64,000 bases of DNA from Octopus bimaculoides (Eukaryota). How positions within the stretch are numbered: the first letter of the stretch is position 1; every line of letters starts with the position of its first letter. The stretch spans positions 122,974,007 through 123,038,006 of the forward strand of contig NC_068982.1 in NCBI RefSeq assembly GCF_001194135.2, given 5' to 3'. The notes under the pieces were generated by a model. That model was not told the origin of the DNA. It saw only the letters and a list, made by a program, of their open reading frames with translations, and searched no databases. Below, piece after piece: positions 1 to 12,138 of this stretch. The position numbers and the translations under genes were made by a program.

Positions 1-275
1 TTGTAATGGGCTACATTTAACACTAGCACACACACACACACACGCATACTCTCTCTCTCTCTCTCTCTTCATACATTCATATTTCTCTTGATAATTCTTG
101 AATCAGGAAAATCAATTATCTTTCACTTGATACAAGAGACAGTTATGAAAATAAAGTTCCACAATACCAAAAGAATTAAACATGACATTTTAAATTTGCT
201 TTATGGAGTGGGGGGGGGGGAGAAAGAAATCAAAGCTTTTCTATACATTATTCATGTAATAACAAAGTGACTCAC

Positions 276-387
276 TGTAGAATGCCTCCAATAAGCAATA
301 ATGTCGTGGATATTCTGGCTTGGATGAAGAAGGAGATATTCACGCCATTCGTCCCAATCAATTTTTAAAGTGCCATCCTTGTCCATT
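276..387 (-). CDS. SLC25A25: SCaMC coding exon 4 (EF-hand 4 and linker); gene continues past the left edge
   Basis: Acceptor TTCTTTAAG|A, donor TCTACA|GTGAGT, 112 nt. (R)[37 protein letters not shown] has the diagnostic SCaMC MDKDG...IDW.EWR...YWRHST signature. Confidence 0.95.
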
Positions 388-1606
388 CTTAAAGAAATAA
401 GTAGAAAAGAAATATTGTAAAGCAATATTAATATATACCTGAAAACAAATGACAAATGCTGTTTAGATTAAAAAGAATATACATTTAGAACTTATTTGAA
501 GTAGGTTGCTATCCCATTCGTCTATTTGCTTTATTTTTCATCACTGTCACTGTTTTAGGATCTATTTTTACCATCTGCAGGAGTCCAAAAAGAGTATGTC
601 AGGTTGGATTTTTCTACAACTGGATGCCCTTTCTGATGCCAACCCCCACCAGTTTCCAAATAAGGGAATAATCTCCCAGTCTATAGAACAACAAACAGTC
701 TAGACATGCTTACATGGAGATCAGGAAATAAATTACATCAAAATGAGCCTTTTGTTTACAAAGATTAGACATGTCAAGAAGCCTGCACATGCTTTCATAG
801 TGGACTGCAAACAAATGACATTAGTGAAACCACTTTTACAAACCAGCAAGTAAAGCACATATGGAGATGAGGGAAATACACAATCACTCATACATATACA
901 CATGATGAGTTCCTTTCAGTTTTGTCTATGAAAAACACTCACAGAACTTTGGTCAACCCAACATTTGTTCAAAGTGCAGGGAAACTGAACCTGAAACCAT
1001 GTGGTTGAGAAACAAACTTCTTTGGCATGGTTTCTTTGGCTTGATCCCCTTCCTAATGACAACCATTTTATAAGATGGACTGAATGCATATTTCATTGCA
1101 CCAACACTAGTGGGGTCACTGTGTAGCTTGGTGTGTTGGAAAGCCAAAATCTGAAGAAAGGAGCAAGAACAGGTTTCTTGCTGTATAGGAGATACATTGC
1201 TACTAGCATTACATGATAGTGGGCGGGAGTAATTCCAGCAGAGCTAGAAAGAGAGATAAAGATGGCAGTGACAAGGTGTCAGGGGAGCCCTCAAGGTATA
1301 AAAAGCTAAACAGAAGTGAGTGGAACAGGACAGGAAAAGTGGATGGGTAGAGGTTGCAAGAGTGTATGAGGAGAGAGAGTGAAGATTAGTAACAAGCAAA
1401 GATGGATGGGGAATGAATATGATGTATGGTGAACAAGGTTGATAATAAATATGAGTGGGAGGGAAAGTAGGAGAGAGTAGCTGATGGCAGAATAAGGTGA
1501 ATAATGGTGAATATGGGTGGAAGGGTGATTGATGGTATATGAGTTTGAGGGAAGGTACGAGAGGTGATTGTCAGTAAAGAAAGTGGAGAGACAGATGAAG
1601 TACACA

Positions 1607-1610
<4 letters not shown>

Positions 1611-1647
<37 letters not shown>

Positions 1648-1657
1648 AGAGAGAAAA

Positions 1658-1736
<79 letters not shown>

Positions 1737-1743
1737 AAGAGAA

Positions 1744-1786
<43 letters not shown>

Positions 1787-1787
1787 T
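1611..1787. repeat. (AG)n/(AAAG) compound microsatellite
   Basis: Direct reading; produces the spurious RE/LS ORFs. Confidence 0.95.
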
Positions 1788-2039
1788 GTACAGTGAATGT
1801 GTGATATGTGAATGGAGAGGGACAATGTTAAGAATGAAGGATGGATTTTAAGTGAAGTTATTCTGGAAGTGAGAAAGATGTAATTCTGTTCTCAGTTACA
1901 ACAGCAGTATACTGCAGTTATGCTAGTAATGGAGGGATCAGTGATAGGGGGTGAGAAGGTAGGAGGGAAGGGTTCACAAGCAAATTGGACACAATTTCCA
2001 GTTGTGTATGTACACATTTCCAGAACTTCAGCTTCTCTG

Positions 2040-3700
2040 AAATGAGTGGGTCTCCTCAGAGGCATCTCAGACCATTGTCATTTCCTCTGAGTTCAAAGTT
2101 TTGTCCCATATATTTTTCTGGATTTCCCTCTTTCACAAGTAATCAGCAATTGTTTATACAACTTTCTTCATCAATATGAATCACATGTCCATACCAGCAC
2201 AGTCTTCTCTTTTGCACACCACATATGATTCTTCTTATGCCCAACTTTCTCTCATCATATTTGCACTTTGTTGTACACACAAACACACCGATTATGCACA
2301 TCCAACAGAGCATACAAGTTTCATGTCTTTCTAGTTTCTGCATGTCCTCTACTTTCAGGGTCCATGTCTCAATACCATGTAGTAATGATGTTCATATACA
2401 AGCATCATGCAATCTGCCTTTCTCTGAGAGAAAGTCCTTTTTGTTACGAACAGAGGTAATAGCTCTCTGAGCTTTTCCCACCCTGTTCTTATTCTACAAA
2501 GTATACTTTTGAGAACATCCTCCTCCACTGCAAATTTGGCAATACCTAGGTAACAGAAAGTATCTACTATTTCCAAGGATCCTCCTGGGTATTCAAGAAA
2601 ATCTATTTCCCATGTATTCTTAGTGTCTATTGCTCCTGTACATTTGCCACATACAAAGTCTACTTTCTCTATGAACTTACCTATGATGTTACTGCACCTA
2701 TTGTGTTACCAGTTTGCATCAAGTACAATGTGTGGAATTTCTACATACTCTCTTTCTACATACTGAGCAAAGCCATTTCCCTGACAGACTCAGACTCTCG
2801 CTTGTTTTCCCCACTAACTAAAACTTCGATATTTGCTAAATTAACTTTCAAACCACTTGATTCCAGGCTTTGCTCCCAAGTATCATCATCATCGTTTAAC
2901 ATCCGCTTTTCATACTAGCATGGGTTGGACAATTTGACTGAGGACTGGTGAACCAGATAGCTGCACCAGGCTCCGTTTCTGATGTGGCAGAGTTTCAAAA
3001 GCTGGATGCCTTTCCTAACGCTAACCACTCTGAGAGTGTAGTGGGTGCTTTTACGTGCCACCGGCACGAGGGCCAGTCAGGTGGTACTGGCAATGTCCAT
3101 GCTCAACTGGTGTTTTTTATGTGCCACCTGCACAGGAGCCAGTCCAGTGGCAACAACCTCACATGAATGTTTTTTCCCGTGCTACCGGCACAAGTAAGGT
3201 GACACTGGTAATGATCACACTTGAATGGTGCTTTTTGCATTCCACCGGCACGGAAACCAGTCAGCTACTCTGGCAGCAATTACGCTCAGATGGTGCTCTT
3301 AGTGCTCCACTGGCAAGGGTGCCAGGGAATTTCTTTTCTAATTCTATGGGAGATTCAGCTATAAGAACAAGGTCATCAATATCCATGGGGAACTGGTCTT
3401 ATACCCCTCTGTTATGACCTGAAAACCTAAGCTAAGGATCAGGCCCTGATGAATTTACTTGCACACTAAATTCCTCAATCCTTGTTAACATTCACCTTAC
3501 TGACAGTGCCTCTCACAAGCCATTTGTCTAACCCTAGCATCATCAGCAACTACCAGATTACACAGTGAAGGGCCCCTGTTAAAGGCTTTCTCCAGAATGA
3601 TAAATGCTAAGTACAGCATCTTCCTTTCAGCTAAGTACTTCTGCAGTTGTCTCACCAGGAAAACAGTATCTAAGCTAATTCTAACACACACACACACTAA
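2040..3700 (-). mobile_element. Decayed RTE-clade LINE, RT and C-terminal region, interrupted by a younger insert
   Basis: Minus-strand fragments LVRQLQKYLA...LAFIILEKAFNR, IDDLVLIAES (YADD region), IVDTFCYLG, RIRTGWEKLRELLPL. Many stops and frameshifts. Confidence 0.8.
2881..3325 (-). mobile_element. RTE 3'-tail element (RTE-derived SINE or truncated LINE) with internal subrepeats, nested in the older RTE
   Basis: (CAT)n tail plus GGATGCC(C/T)TTCCTAA motif, shared with copies at 24655, 39642, 41595, 44010, 51260 and 63428. It splits the RTE reading ELEKKF / WEQSLES. Confidence 0.75.
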
Positions 3701-3944
3701 TTAATTAAGTGAACTACAACTTTCATGAACAGGTTCAGTAATTTGATACTTCTATAATTTCCTGTCTAAGACATCTTTCCTCTTGTAACAGTTGACTGTG
3801 ATGCTGCTATACTAGTCATTGGGTAAGAACATTCTTGGGCACAACTTAATCGATGTGTGTATATATACATACATACATATTTATATATATTTACATATAT
3901 ACACAGTATGTGTGTGCATGTGTGTGTGTGCATGTGTGTGTGTG

Positions 3945-4411
3945 TAAGGATTTATTTTTCATAATGAGATAAGAAACTAAGGCTGTGTGCATTATAGAAC
4001 ATTTATAAATAGGTCTTACAGTTATTTCCAGGATATTTATTATATCCCTTCATTGGAGACGGTGTGAGAGGATGGTTAAACAATAGTTAATTTAGATAAG
4101 ATAGGAAATAGAGAATGAATTCAGGGATATTGTATTTGTAAATTCATTGTTTAGGCAGAATGGTATACATATAAGATTCCAATACCTTGTGAGTAAAATC
4201 CAACAGTCTTTAAGATTGGTCATTGCATTTGTAAATCCATTATTAAGATTCCAATACCCTATGAGTAAAATCCAACAATCTTTGAAATTGGTCATTCCAA
4301 ATACAGAGTTTGAACCCTTGATTCAATAACACAGTGTATAAACTCTGTATTTGGAATGACCAATGCACACAGCCTTGGTTTTTTTATCTCATTACAAAAA
4401 ATAAATCCTTA
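3945..4411. mobile_element. MITE with about 48-bp terminal inverted repeats and TA ends (Tc1/mariner-type, non-autonomous)
   Basis: TAAGGATTTATTTTTCATAATGAGATAAGAAACTAAGGCTGTGTGCATT (3945-3993) is an imperfect inverted match to 4362-4411. Confidence 0.7.
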
Positions 4412-4643
4412 TATTCACACGCTGATATATGGCCTACGTTGGACCCCTTATTCGCATAATCACCGAACCTGGAGCTTAACTATGGTCTATCCATAGCACT
4501 TACTCAGCATTACCTGAAACCTCTGGGTCTAATTGACACCACTATCGCTCATAACCCCGAAATATATATATATGTATGTATGTATTTACATATATACACA
4601 GTATGTGTGTGTGTGTGTGTGTTTGTGCGTATGCACCTGTAAA

Positions 4644-4674
<31 letters not shown>

Positions 4675-4920
4675 NNNNNNNNNNNNNNNNNNNNNNNNNN
4701 NNNNNNNNNNNNNNNNNNNNNNNNNNNNNNNNNNNNNNNNNNNNNNNNNNNNNNNNNNNNNNNNNNNNNNNNNNNNNNNNNNNNNNNNNNNNNNNNNNNN
4801 NNNNNNNNNNNNNNNNNNNNNNNNNNNNNNNNNNNNNNNNNNNNNNNNNNNNNNNNNNNNNNNNNNNNNNNNNNNNNNNNNNNNNNNNNNNNNNNNNNNN
4901 NNNNNNNNNNNNNNNNNNNN
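4675..4920. other. Assembly gap (246 N) inside a (TA)n tract
   Basis: N run. Confidence 1.
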
Positions 4921-4921
4921 N

Positions 4922-4962
<41 letters not shown>

Positions 4963-4974
4963 AAAAAAAACAAC

Positions 4975-5150
4975 AAAAAACAACGTGAGGGCATGATACA
5001 GACTGTGTTACTAAACGCTCGGGAAAGGAAAGAAAGAGAATTTGACGTTTCGAGCGGAGCTCTTTGTCGGAAACAAAGAAAGTCCAGGGAAGGGAAAAAC
5101 GGACGAATAAAATATCGCCACCGATATCCACGAGGTTACAAATACACACA
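4975..5150 (-). mobile_element. Penelope-like element terminal fragment with a degenerate minimal hammerhead ribozyme
   Basis: Minus strand TTT-CCGACAA-A-GAGC-TCC-GCTC-GAAA-CG-TC-AAA at 5073-5041 has the type I minimal hammerhead layout typical of PLE ends, followed by a pyrimidine-rich tract. Confidence 0.6.
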
Positions 5151-5246
5151 CTCACTTTCACATACAAATATGCCAGACATAGGCATGGTCATGTGGTTAA
5201 AAAGTTCAACTGGCAACCAACTGGTTTTGGGTTCAGTGCCACTGTG

Positions 5247-5757
5247 CATCCTGTCAGAAAATTTTTCACTTTAGCTAAAATTAGTTTTCCAGCTGTTGCC
5301 ATCCTATCTTTTTTTTAAATTCAATATTCAACTCAAATAGATGCAATACATTGCAATTAATAAAACTGAATGCAATCTAAAGTAATAGATACAATTTATG
5401 AGAGAATCTTAAAACATTCTTCTGTCATGCATAACAATGAATTTTTTGAAAAGTGTCTCCTACTTCAGACTCATGCTGACCAAAGGTCTGTGAGTGAATT
5501 TGATAGATAGAAACTGAAAGAATCTACAAGTGGAGGTAGTGATGCTGACATTTCTCCTGCCAACAAATAATCCACCGACTTAGTACCTTTGAAAATGTGT
5601 GGAATAAGAGATTCATTACTTGAAAAACAAGTATTGTTTATACACAGGAAGGATGTCTGAGTGTAAAAGTGACAGGAAAGGTACCCAGCTGTAAAACAAT
5701 GTCACACTAATATGTAGCTGTCTAATCCATACTAACATAGGGAGACACATGTAAAGT

Positions 5758-5836
<79 letters not shown>

Positions 5837-6271
5837 CATTTTTATAAAAAATGGGTGCAAAGTGGTTGGTGATTGTAAGGCAACCAGCTATCCAGACATT
5901 AGCATTCAACACAGTCATCTGGCTTGTCAGATCCTGCTGAAACATCTAACATGGAAGCCAGACTTGGAATAATAATGATGATGATGGTGGTGATATGTGC
6001 ATGCTTATATACCTCCACATATTTTATAAGCATGTGACGTTATTTTGTCATAATGAAATTAATAGGGTGTAAAAAATTCATTGTTATGCATGACAGAAGT
6101 ATGCTTAAAGATTCTCTCATAAATTGTCTCCATTACTTTAGATTGCATTCAGTTTTATTAATTGCAACGTATTGCATCTATTTGAGTTGAATATTGAATT
6201 TAAAAAAAGATAGGATGGTAACAGCTGGAAAACTAATTCTAGCTAAAGTGAAAAAATTTTCTGACAGGATG
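5247..6271. mobile_element. Foldback/MITE-like element with 201-bp inverted arms
   Basis: 5247-5447 is the reverse complement of 6071-6271 with about 8 substitutions and 2 homopolymer indels (hand alignment). (TG)n at 5760-5828 lies inside. Confidence 0.8.
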
Positions 6272-6835
6272 ACAGCAGTTGGAATGCTTTCATTCTCACA
6301 AATGTTTCATAAATTGATCATTCCTGATTCCAAGTTGAAGTGACCACTGAGATTTACATATTTTTAGCATATATGAAAAGAAGAAATGATGATGTTCTGG
6401 AAACTGGGGTTTTTGGATCTTCTTTTGCTGCTGATTTCCATTATTTTCATTTTCCTGTTTTTGCTCAAATTTCGCAGTTCTTTGGAGCATTCAGCTCGAA
6501 AGTGTTTTTATTCTAACAAATACAACAACCAGGCTTTCTACTCTGTATTATCAATCTCATTCCCTTTGTCTCAGTGCCATCTACTGGACGAAGTTCTCGT
6601 ATTGCACTGTGGCCTATGATTGGGGTGAGGGTAAGGGCACTTACGCCTTGCAAATCCACTTTTATGCTTCCTGACCATAGGTCACCTTTGGTTAAGCCTA
6701 TTTTGACCACTCTCCCTTGCCAAAACACAAAAGTCACAACTATCTCTTATTGTGACTTTTATTTCTTTGGCCAACACACAAAGACACAACTCCTAGTGCA
6801 TAACCAATTCAGTAGTCAATATTTTATATATTCTA

Positions 6836-7052
6836 AGGCAGCAAGCTGGCAGAAACATTAGTTTGCCAGGTGAACTGCTTAACAGTATTTCGTCTGTCTT
6901 TACGTTCTGAGTTCAAATTCCGCTAAGGTCGACTTTGCCTTTCATCCTTTTGAGGTCAATAAATTAAGTACCAGTTGCATACTGGGGTTGATCTAATCGA
7001 CTGGCTGCCTCCCCCAAAATTTCAGGCCTGGTGCCTAGAGTAGAAAAGAATA
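6836..7052 (+). mobile_element. tRNA-derived SINE (family also at about 26640-26830 -, 28380-28590 -, 40290-40460 +, 58985-59155 -)
   Basis: Head with GAGTTCAAATTCC B-box-like motif. Body GGTCGACTTTGCCTTTCATCC...AAGTACCAGTTG recurs through the window. Confidence 0.75.
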
Positions 7053-7855
7053 TTCTATATTTCTGATTTAATATGAATGATGTCTTAAATAGAAAATTAG
7101 TGTCATGGAAAGCAACAAAAGAGTTCTTAATCTGAAATATCAGGACTAATTTTCCAGGTTCTAGTATAGCGAGTTCATCTTGGTAGTGGATATTTATTAC
7201 TACTAGTCCTAGTCATAGTCCATATCTATGGAGGTATTTTATTGTTTACATGGGCAAGATATTTGACTCGTTGTGCTCAATATACCTACCTATAGATATT
7301 CAGATAATATTACTTGAAACACTGGCCTTTTATCCACAAGTCAATCATTATTTCCTATTCAGTTAAGACATTAAACAGTTGCAAACTATTATCTTTAGGA
7401 GTCCCTACATCACCCGAAGACATTTACCATTAAAACAAGCAACATATAAAATGATAATTCAAAATAACACATAGTTATACTAAAAGCTATGATATTGCAA
7501 TCCTCTCTCTCAAAACAAAAATTTCAATTTTGTGTTAGAGATGAACACAAAGCTGAAAGGAAAAACAAACCCCACTAGAGTTCAGAAATATTAATGAAAT
7601 TCTGCATCAGTAGATATCACGTTAGAATGCATAAATAAAATAAGCTGGTTTAGATTCAAGAGAATTACAATGTTTCAAACAATGCTTGTTGTTGAAGAGT
7701 GTTTCTGTTTTGATAAATGGCACTTCCTGAAGCAATAACATTCTCTTCTTCATTTTTTTAATTATCTTCACAAATTGAACTAGAAAATATTTTTATAAAT
7801 TGCACAAGTCAAAACACTGAAAATAAACAAATACAATATTTTAAAGTATTGTACC

Positions 7856-8300
7856 NNNNNNNNNNNNNNNNNNNNNNNNNNNNNNNNNNNNNNNNNNNNN
7901 NNNNNNNNNNNNNNNNNNNNNNNNNNNNNNNNNNNNNNNNNNNNNNNNNNNNNNNNNNNNNNNNNNNNNNNNNNNNNNNNNNNNNNNNNNNNNNNNNNNN
8001 NNNNNNNNNNNNNNNNNNNNNNNNNNNNNNNNNNNNNNNNNNNNNNNNNNNNNNNNNNNNNNNNNNNNNNNNNNNNNNNNNNNNNNNNNNNNNNNNNNNN
8101 NNNNNNNNNNNNNNNNNNNNNNNNNNNNNNNNNNNNNNNNNNNNNNNNNNNNNNNNNNNNNNNNNNNNNNNNNNNNNNNNNNNNNNNNNNNNNNNNNNNN
8201 NNNNNNNNNNNNNNNNNNNNNNNNNNNNNNNNNNNNNNNNNNNNNNNNNNNNNNNNNNNNNNNNNNNNNNNNNNNNNNNNNNNNNNNNNNNNNNNNNNNN
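7856..8300. other. Assembly gap (445 N)
   Basis: N run. Confidence 1.
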
Positions 8301-11300
8301 GGGGGGGGGGGGTAAAACAAAAGTGGGAGGACTGAAATTCTGATTCGAACTACTCTAAGACCATATACTTACAAAGAAAAAGAAACACAAACATTTGTTT
8401 CTGAAGGTTGGCCTCTGTCTAGAAGAAAGAAATAAGTAGAAACTGATGAAGTAGACTGCATAGTTAATCAGTACACAAAAGATGTAATAAGATTTCACTT
8501 TTCAATTGTGCTGTGGTCACTTTGGGTTGCACCTGACAGTATTAGCACCCACTGTCTACAATTAGTCTAGAACCAATGATAATGTCTAAATGAAGTGAAA
8601 GAAGAAAGCATGGAGAAAATTGTTAAATGATAATCATGATAGAGTTGATAAACTGAAGATTATGAATAATGATGATAGGGTTGAGAACCTATTGAAACAA
8701 TGATATTGGTGACAATAATATAGAGAATAACGATGCTGATTATCAAGGCTCAATTTTTTTCTATTTTAGAAGACCTCAAACAATAATAGCAAAATAAGCT
8801 TAAAACTATACAGGCATTAGTTCAATGTTCTAATAATTGAAGGGGAAATCTTAAAATATGTATTACTTTGCCCAAATTTATTAGCTCCTTTTCATTAGAA
8901 GGATAAAATTTGAAAGTAGCTTCCACTAATGGAGCATCTGGAAATTTGTATTATTCAATTGAAGAATATAACTGTTAGTACATGCTAAACACTAAAATTG
9001 GTAATATAAAAGCAGGTGCAGTAATCAAAATATTTTAGCAAGAAATTAATTAAATGTGTACTGACAAATACCTAATAAATAGACAATGGATTAACTACAT
9101 CGAGCAAAAATTAAAATCATCCCATGGTTAAAATAAGGTAAAATAATTCAAAACTTTACAAAGCTAAATCAATTGATGTTTTCTATATTGGTTCTTGAGA
9201 ATGAGCACTAATCTTCAGTTCACATTCTGCACTACACAGAAACTTGCTTATAAACATAACCCACTTCAAAATTTTAAAATGTTTTATTACACACTTCTTT
9301 TTTTTCTTTCTTTTGTTGATACATCACTCATGATTATGAACCATTCTCAATGAGGTGAACTGAAGTTATTCTTCATTGTTTTTAGTTTAACTGGCCATGA
9401 CCAAACAGGCCACTCTTCCATTCATACTTTGTATATGTATCTCTGAGTGATTGCAATGTCATGCTGAATTACTGCCATCAAACTGTATGCTTTTCTTTTC
9501 TGAGTTCATGCTATTTCTACAAGCATTTCTTTGATTAATGATGATGAGCATTTCAGTGAGGGCATACACTAGTGTATGTTATGGAAATGCAGTATAATGG
9601 GACTTATGAACCTACTTCAATCTCTGAGAACTAATTAACTTACCCAAGTAAGATCAGCCAGTCAGAAGTTTGGATTAAAAGGTGTTTCACCAGTTTGACA
9701 GCTTATTTGCACATCACATGAAAACCTTTGTCTTCATGTGATGTGCAAATAACTCAATGACAAATGGGATAGTTTGTTACATTGTTACCACATGTGTGTG
9801 TGTGCGCATGTATAAATGTAAGTGCATAATTGTAACATATGTAGCAAAATACAAGCAACTATGAAAAACTAAATGAAAAAATGATTTTGACAATAGCATT
9901 CCAATGAAATTTTGGATTAGCAGTTCAGAGATCAATAACATAACCTGAAGGGTAACTAGCATTTTTTTCTTTAAGCAACATTATATTATTGATGATCTAT
10001 AGTAATTTTTTTTTATACATAAAGTCTGATAAATAAGGGCAGTGTTGAAAGCTTTTTGAGTTATCTTAGACAGGTGGAAGAGGTGAATTTCAGCAGACTG
10101 AACACTGTTATAAAAATTCTATGTTGTTGGTAGTTAAGGAATGAGATGGTTTTAGATAAGTTTTGTGAAAAATGTTGTTCTGGTGCTGTTGTGGAGGTGA
10201 TGAAGGAATAGAAGGTTAACCTCTCCAAATGGTCCGTTCGTATACATATAAAAGAAAAATCCATATAAATTGCATCACAAGTCTAAAGGAAATCCTATTA
10301 AGAGTTATACAAACCGCATTGTCTCACTAATCTATATGATCAATTAGTTGTTTCTATCACTAATTGAACTAAATGGGAGTAAAGATGGGGGTGGCAATAG
10401 GAACAAATACATAAAAAGAAATCTCAATCAATAATTACAAACAAAACACTAAAAGAAATACTGACACCAGCTAGCACTAATCTAATCATACTTGATATTA
10501 GGTTAATCTAAACATAAATCTACTTACGATCGTATTGGAAGAAGTGAAGAGCTAGCATGGATTAGACAGTTAAAAATTGAATATAAAAACATCAATACTT
10601 AAAATTGTGTTAAAAGATTACATAAAAATATAACTTGGGCTTTGTTCAAAGTACAAACTCACTCTCAGTTCATTACTTGATTGGAAGAAATATTTAAAAT
10701 AATCTTACATTACTCAAAAAGAAACTGCACCATAATTCTTCAATGGAACATGGCAATCTAATTTCTTTTACAGCATACAAACAGTACAAAAAATACGAGA
10801 AACAACTTGTACTCCACTCTTTCTACATATGGACAACATGCAACTAAAATTTTCTAAGTCTTTGCAAGTGTTAGTCATCACTGAGGGTAAACCTTATATA
10901 TCTAACATTCCCAAAACTGCTTCCGAAAGACTAAGCTTGCTCCCTGAAGTCACAAAATATTTTAGTCATCATACCTTTATAAAGCTCAAGTAAAATTTAC
11001 ATTGGAATACAGTTCACATGTATGGGACAGTGGTGGTGGTTGCACTGCTGCTACATATAACAAAGTCTAGATACTGCATTTAAAAAAGGCCATTCAACTG
11101 GCTGACAAATATTCACTCACCAACATACATCAATCACTGTCACCAATATGCTGTTTCTTTTAGTTGACTCTTCAACCAATAGCCTCTGCTTATCTGAAAT
11201 AACTAACTGCATACCCTGTTTGCTCTTCCTTCTTTTACCCCCACAGTATAACAGCATTTAGATCTTGCACAGAATATTTCAACCAATCCTTCTTCCTCTA

Positions 11301-11701
11301 AACTAGTCTGTTGCTACCCCCTCACCAGAAACATTTTTCTTGTAGACACTGACTTATAAGTATACAAACTACAGATTGACTAAATCAACATTTCAATGTG
11401 GGAGGATCTGCTGAATCAAGAATACTGCCCTTCCCCCTTCAATTTATAGTTTACCCAGTGTATGAGATGTTAAATAGAGCTCAAATATGTATTTTCAAAG
11501 AAAGTAAGGTTACATATTTTTCATAGTAATCATTAATAAAAAAAAACCTGAGCCTCCTAGCTTCTATAATTTCTGACATACTCTCTAACAAATACTCAAG
11601 CAAGTCAAAAACCAGCACCTAAATTTTTTTTATATTTGGATAGAGTAGTTAATGATAGTCAAATTAAAATTTGTCTGTTAAAAGACAAAAAATATTACTC
11701 A

Positions 11702-11897
11702 TTTACTTGTTTTAGTCATTTGACTGCAGCCATGCTGGAGCACCGCCTTTAGTCAAGCAAATCGACCCCAGGACTTATTCTTTGTAAGCCCAGTACTTAT
11801 TCTATCGGTCTCTTTGCCGAACCGCTAAGTTACAAAGACGTAAACACACCAGCATCGGTTGTCAAGCGATGGTGGGGGGGGACAAACAGACACACAA

Positions 11898-11944
<47 letters not shown>

Positions 11945-12138
11945 ACGGGCTTATTTCAGTTTCCGTCTACCAAATCCACTCACAAGGCTTTAGTCGGCCC
12001 GAGGCCATAGTAGAAGACACTTGCCCAAGGTGGGCAAACAGTACAAGAAATGGAAGTGGGACAAGAAGTGGGACAGTGGGACTGAACCCGGAACCATGTG
12101 GTTGGTAAGCAAGCTACTTACCACACAGCCACTCCTGC
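11702..12138 (-). mobile_element. tRNA-derived SINE with an internal (TA)n(TG)n microsatellite (related pieces at about 880-1030, 38020-38230, 44950-45310, 46975-47110)
   Basis: Minus-strand head GGAGTGGCTGTGTGG...GGGTTCAGTCCC (A/B-box-like), CORE-like TTGGGCAAGTGTCTTCTACTATGGCC, 3' end AAGGCGGTGCTCCAGCATGGCTGCAGTC. Confidence 0.75.

Noticed and set aside
1564-8343. Long ORFs at 1564-1851, 4533-5274, 5616-5972 and 7841-8343 (also 17559-17921 and 46546-46999)
   Set aside because: Artefacts of dinucleotide microsatellites and N gaps.
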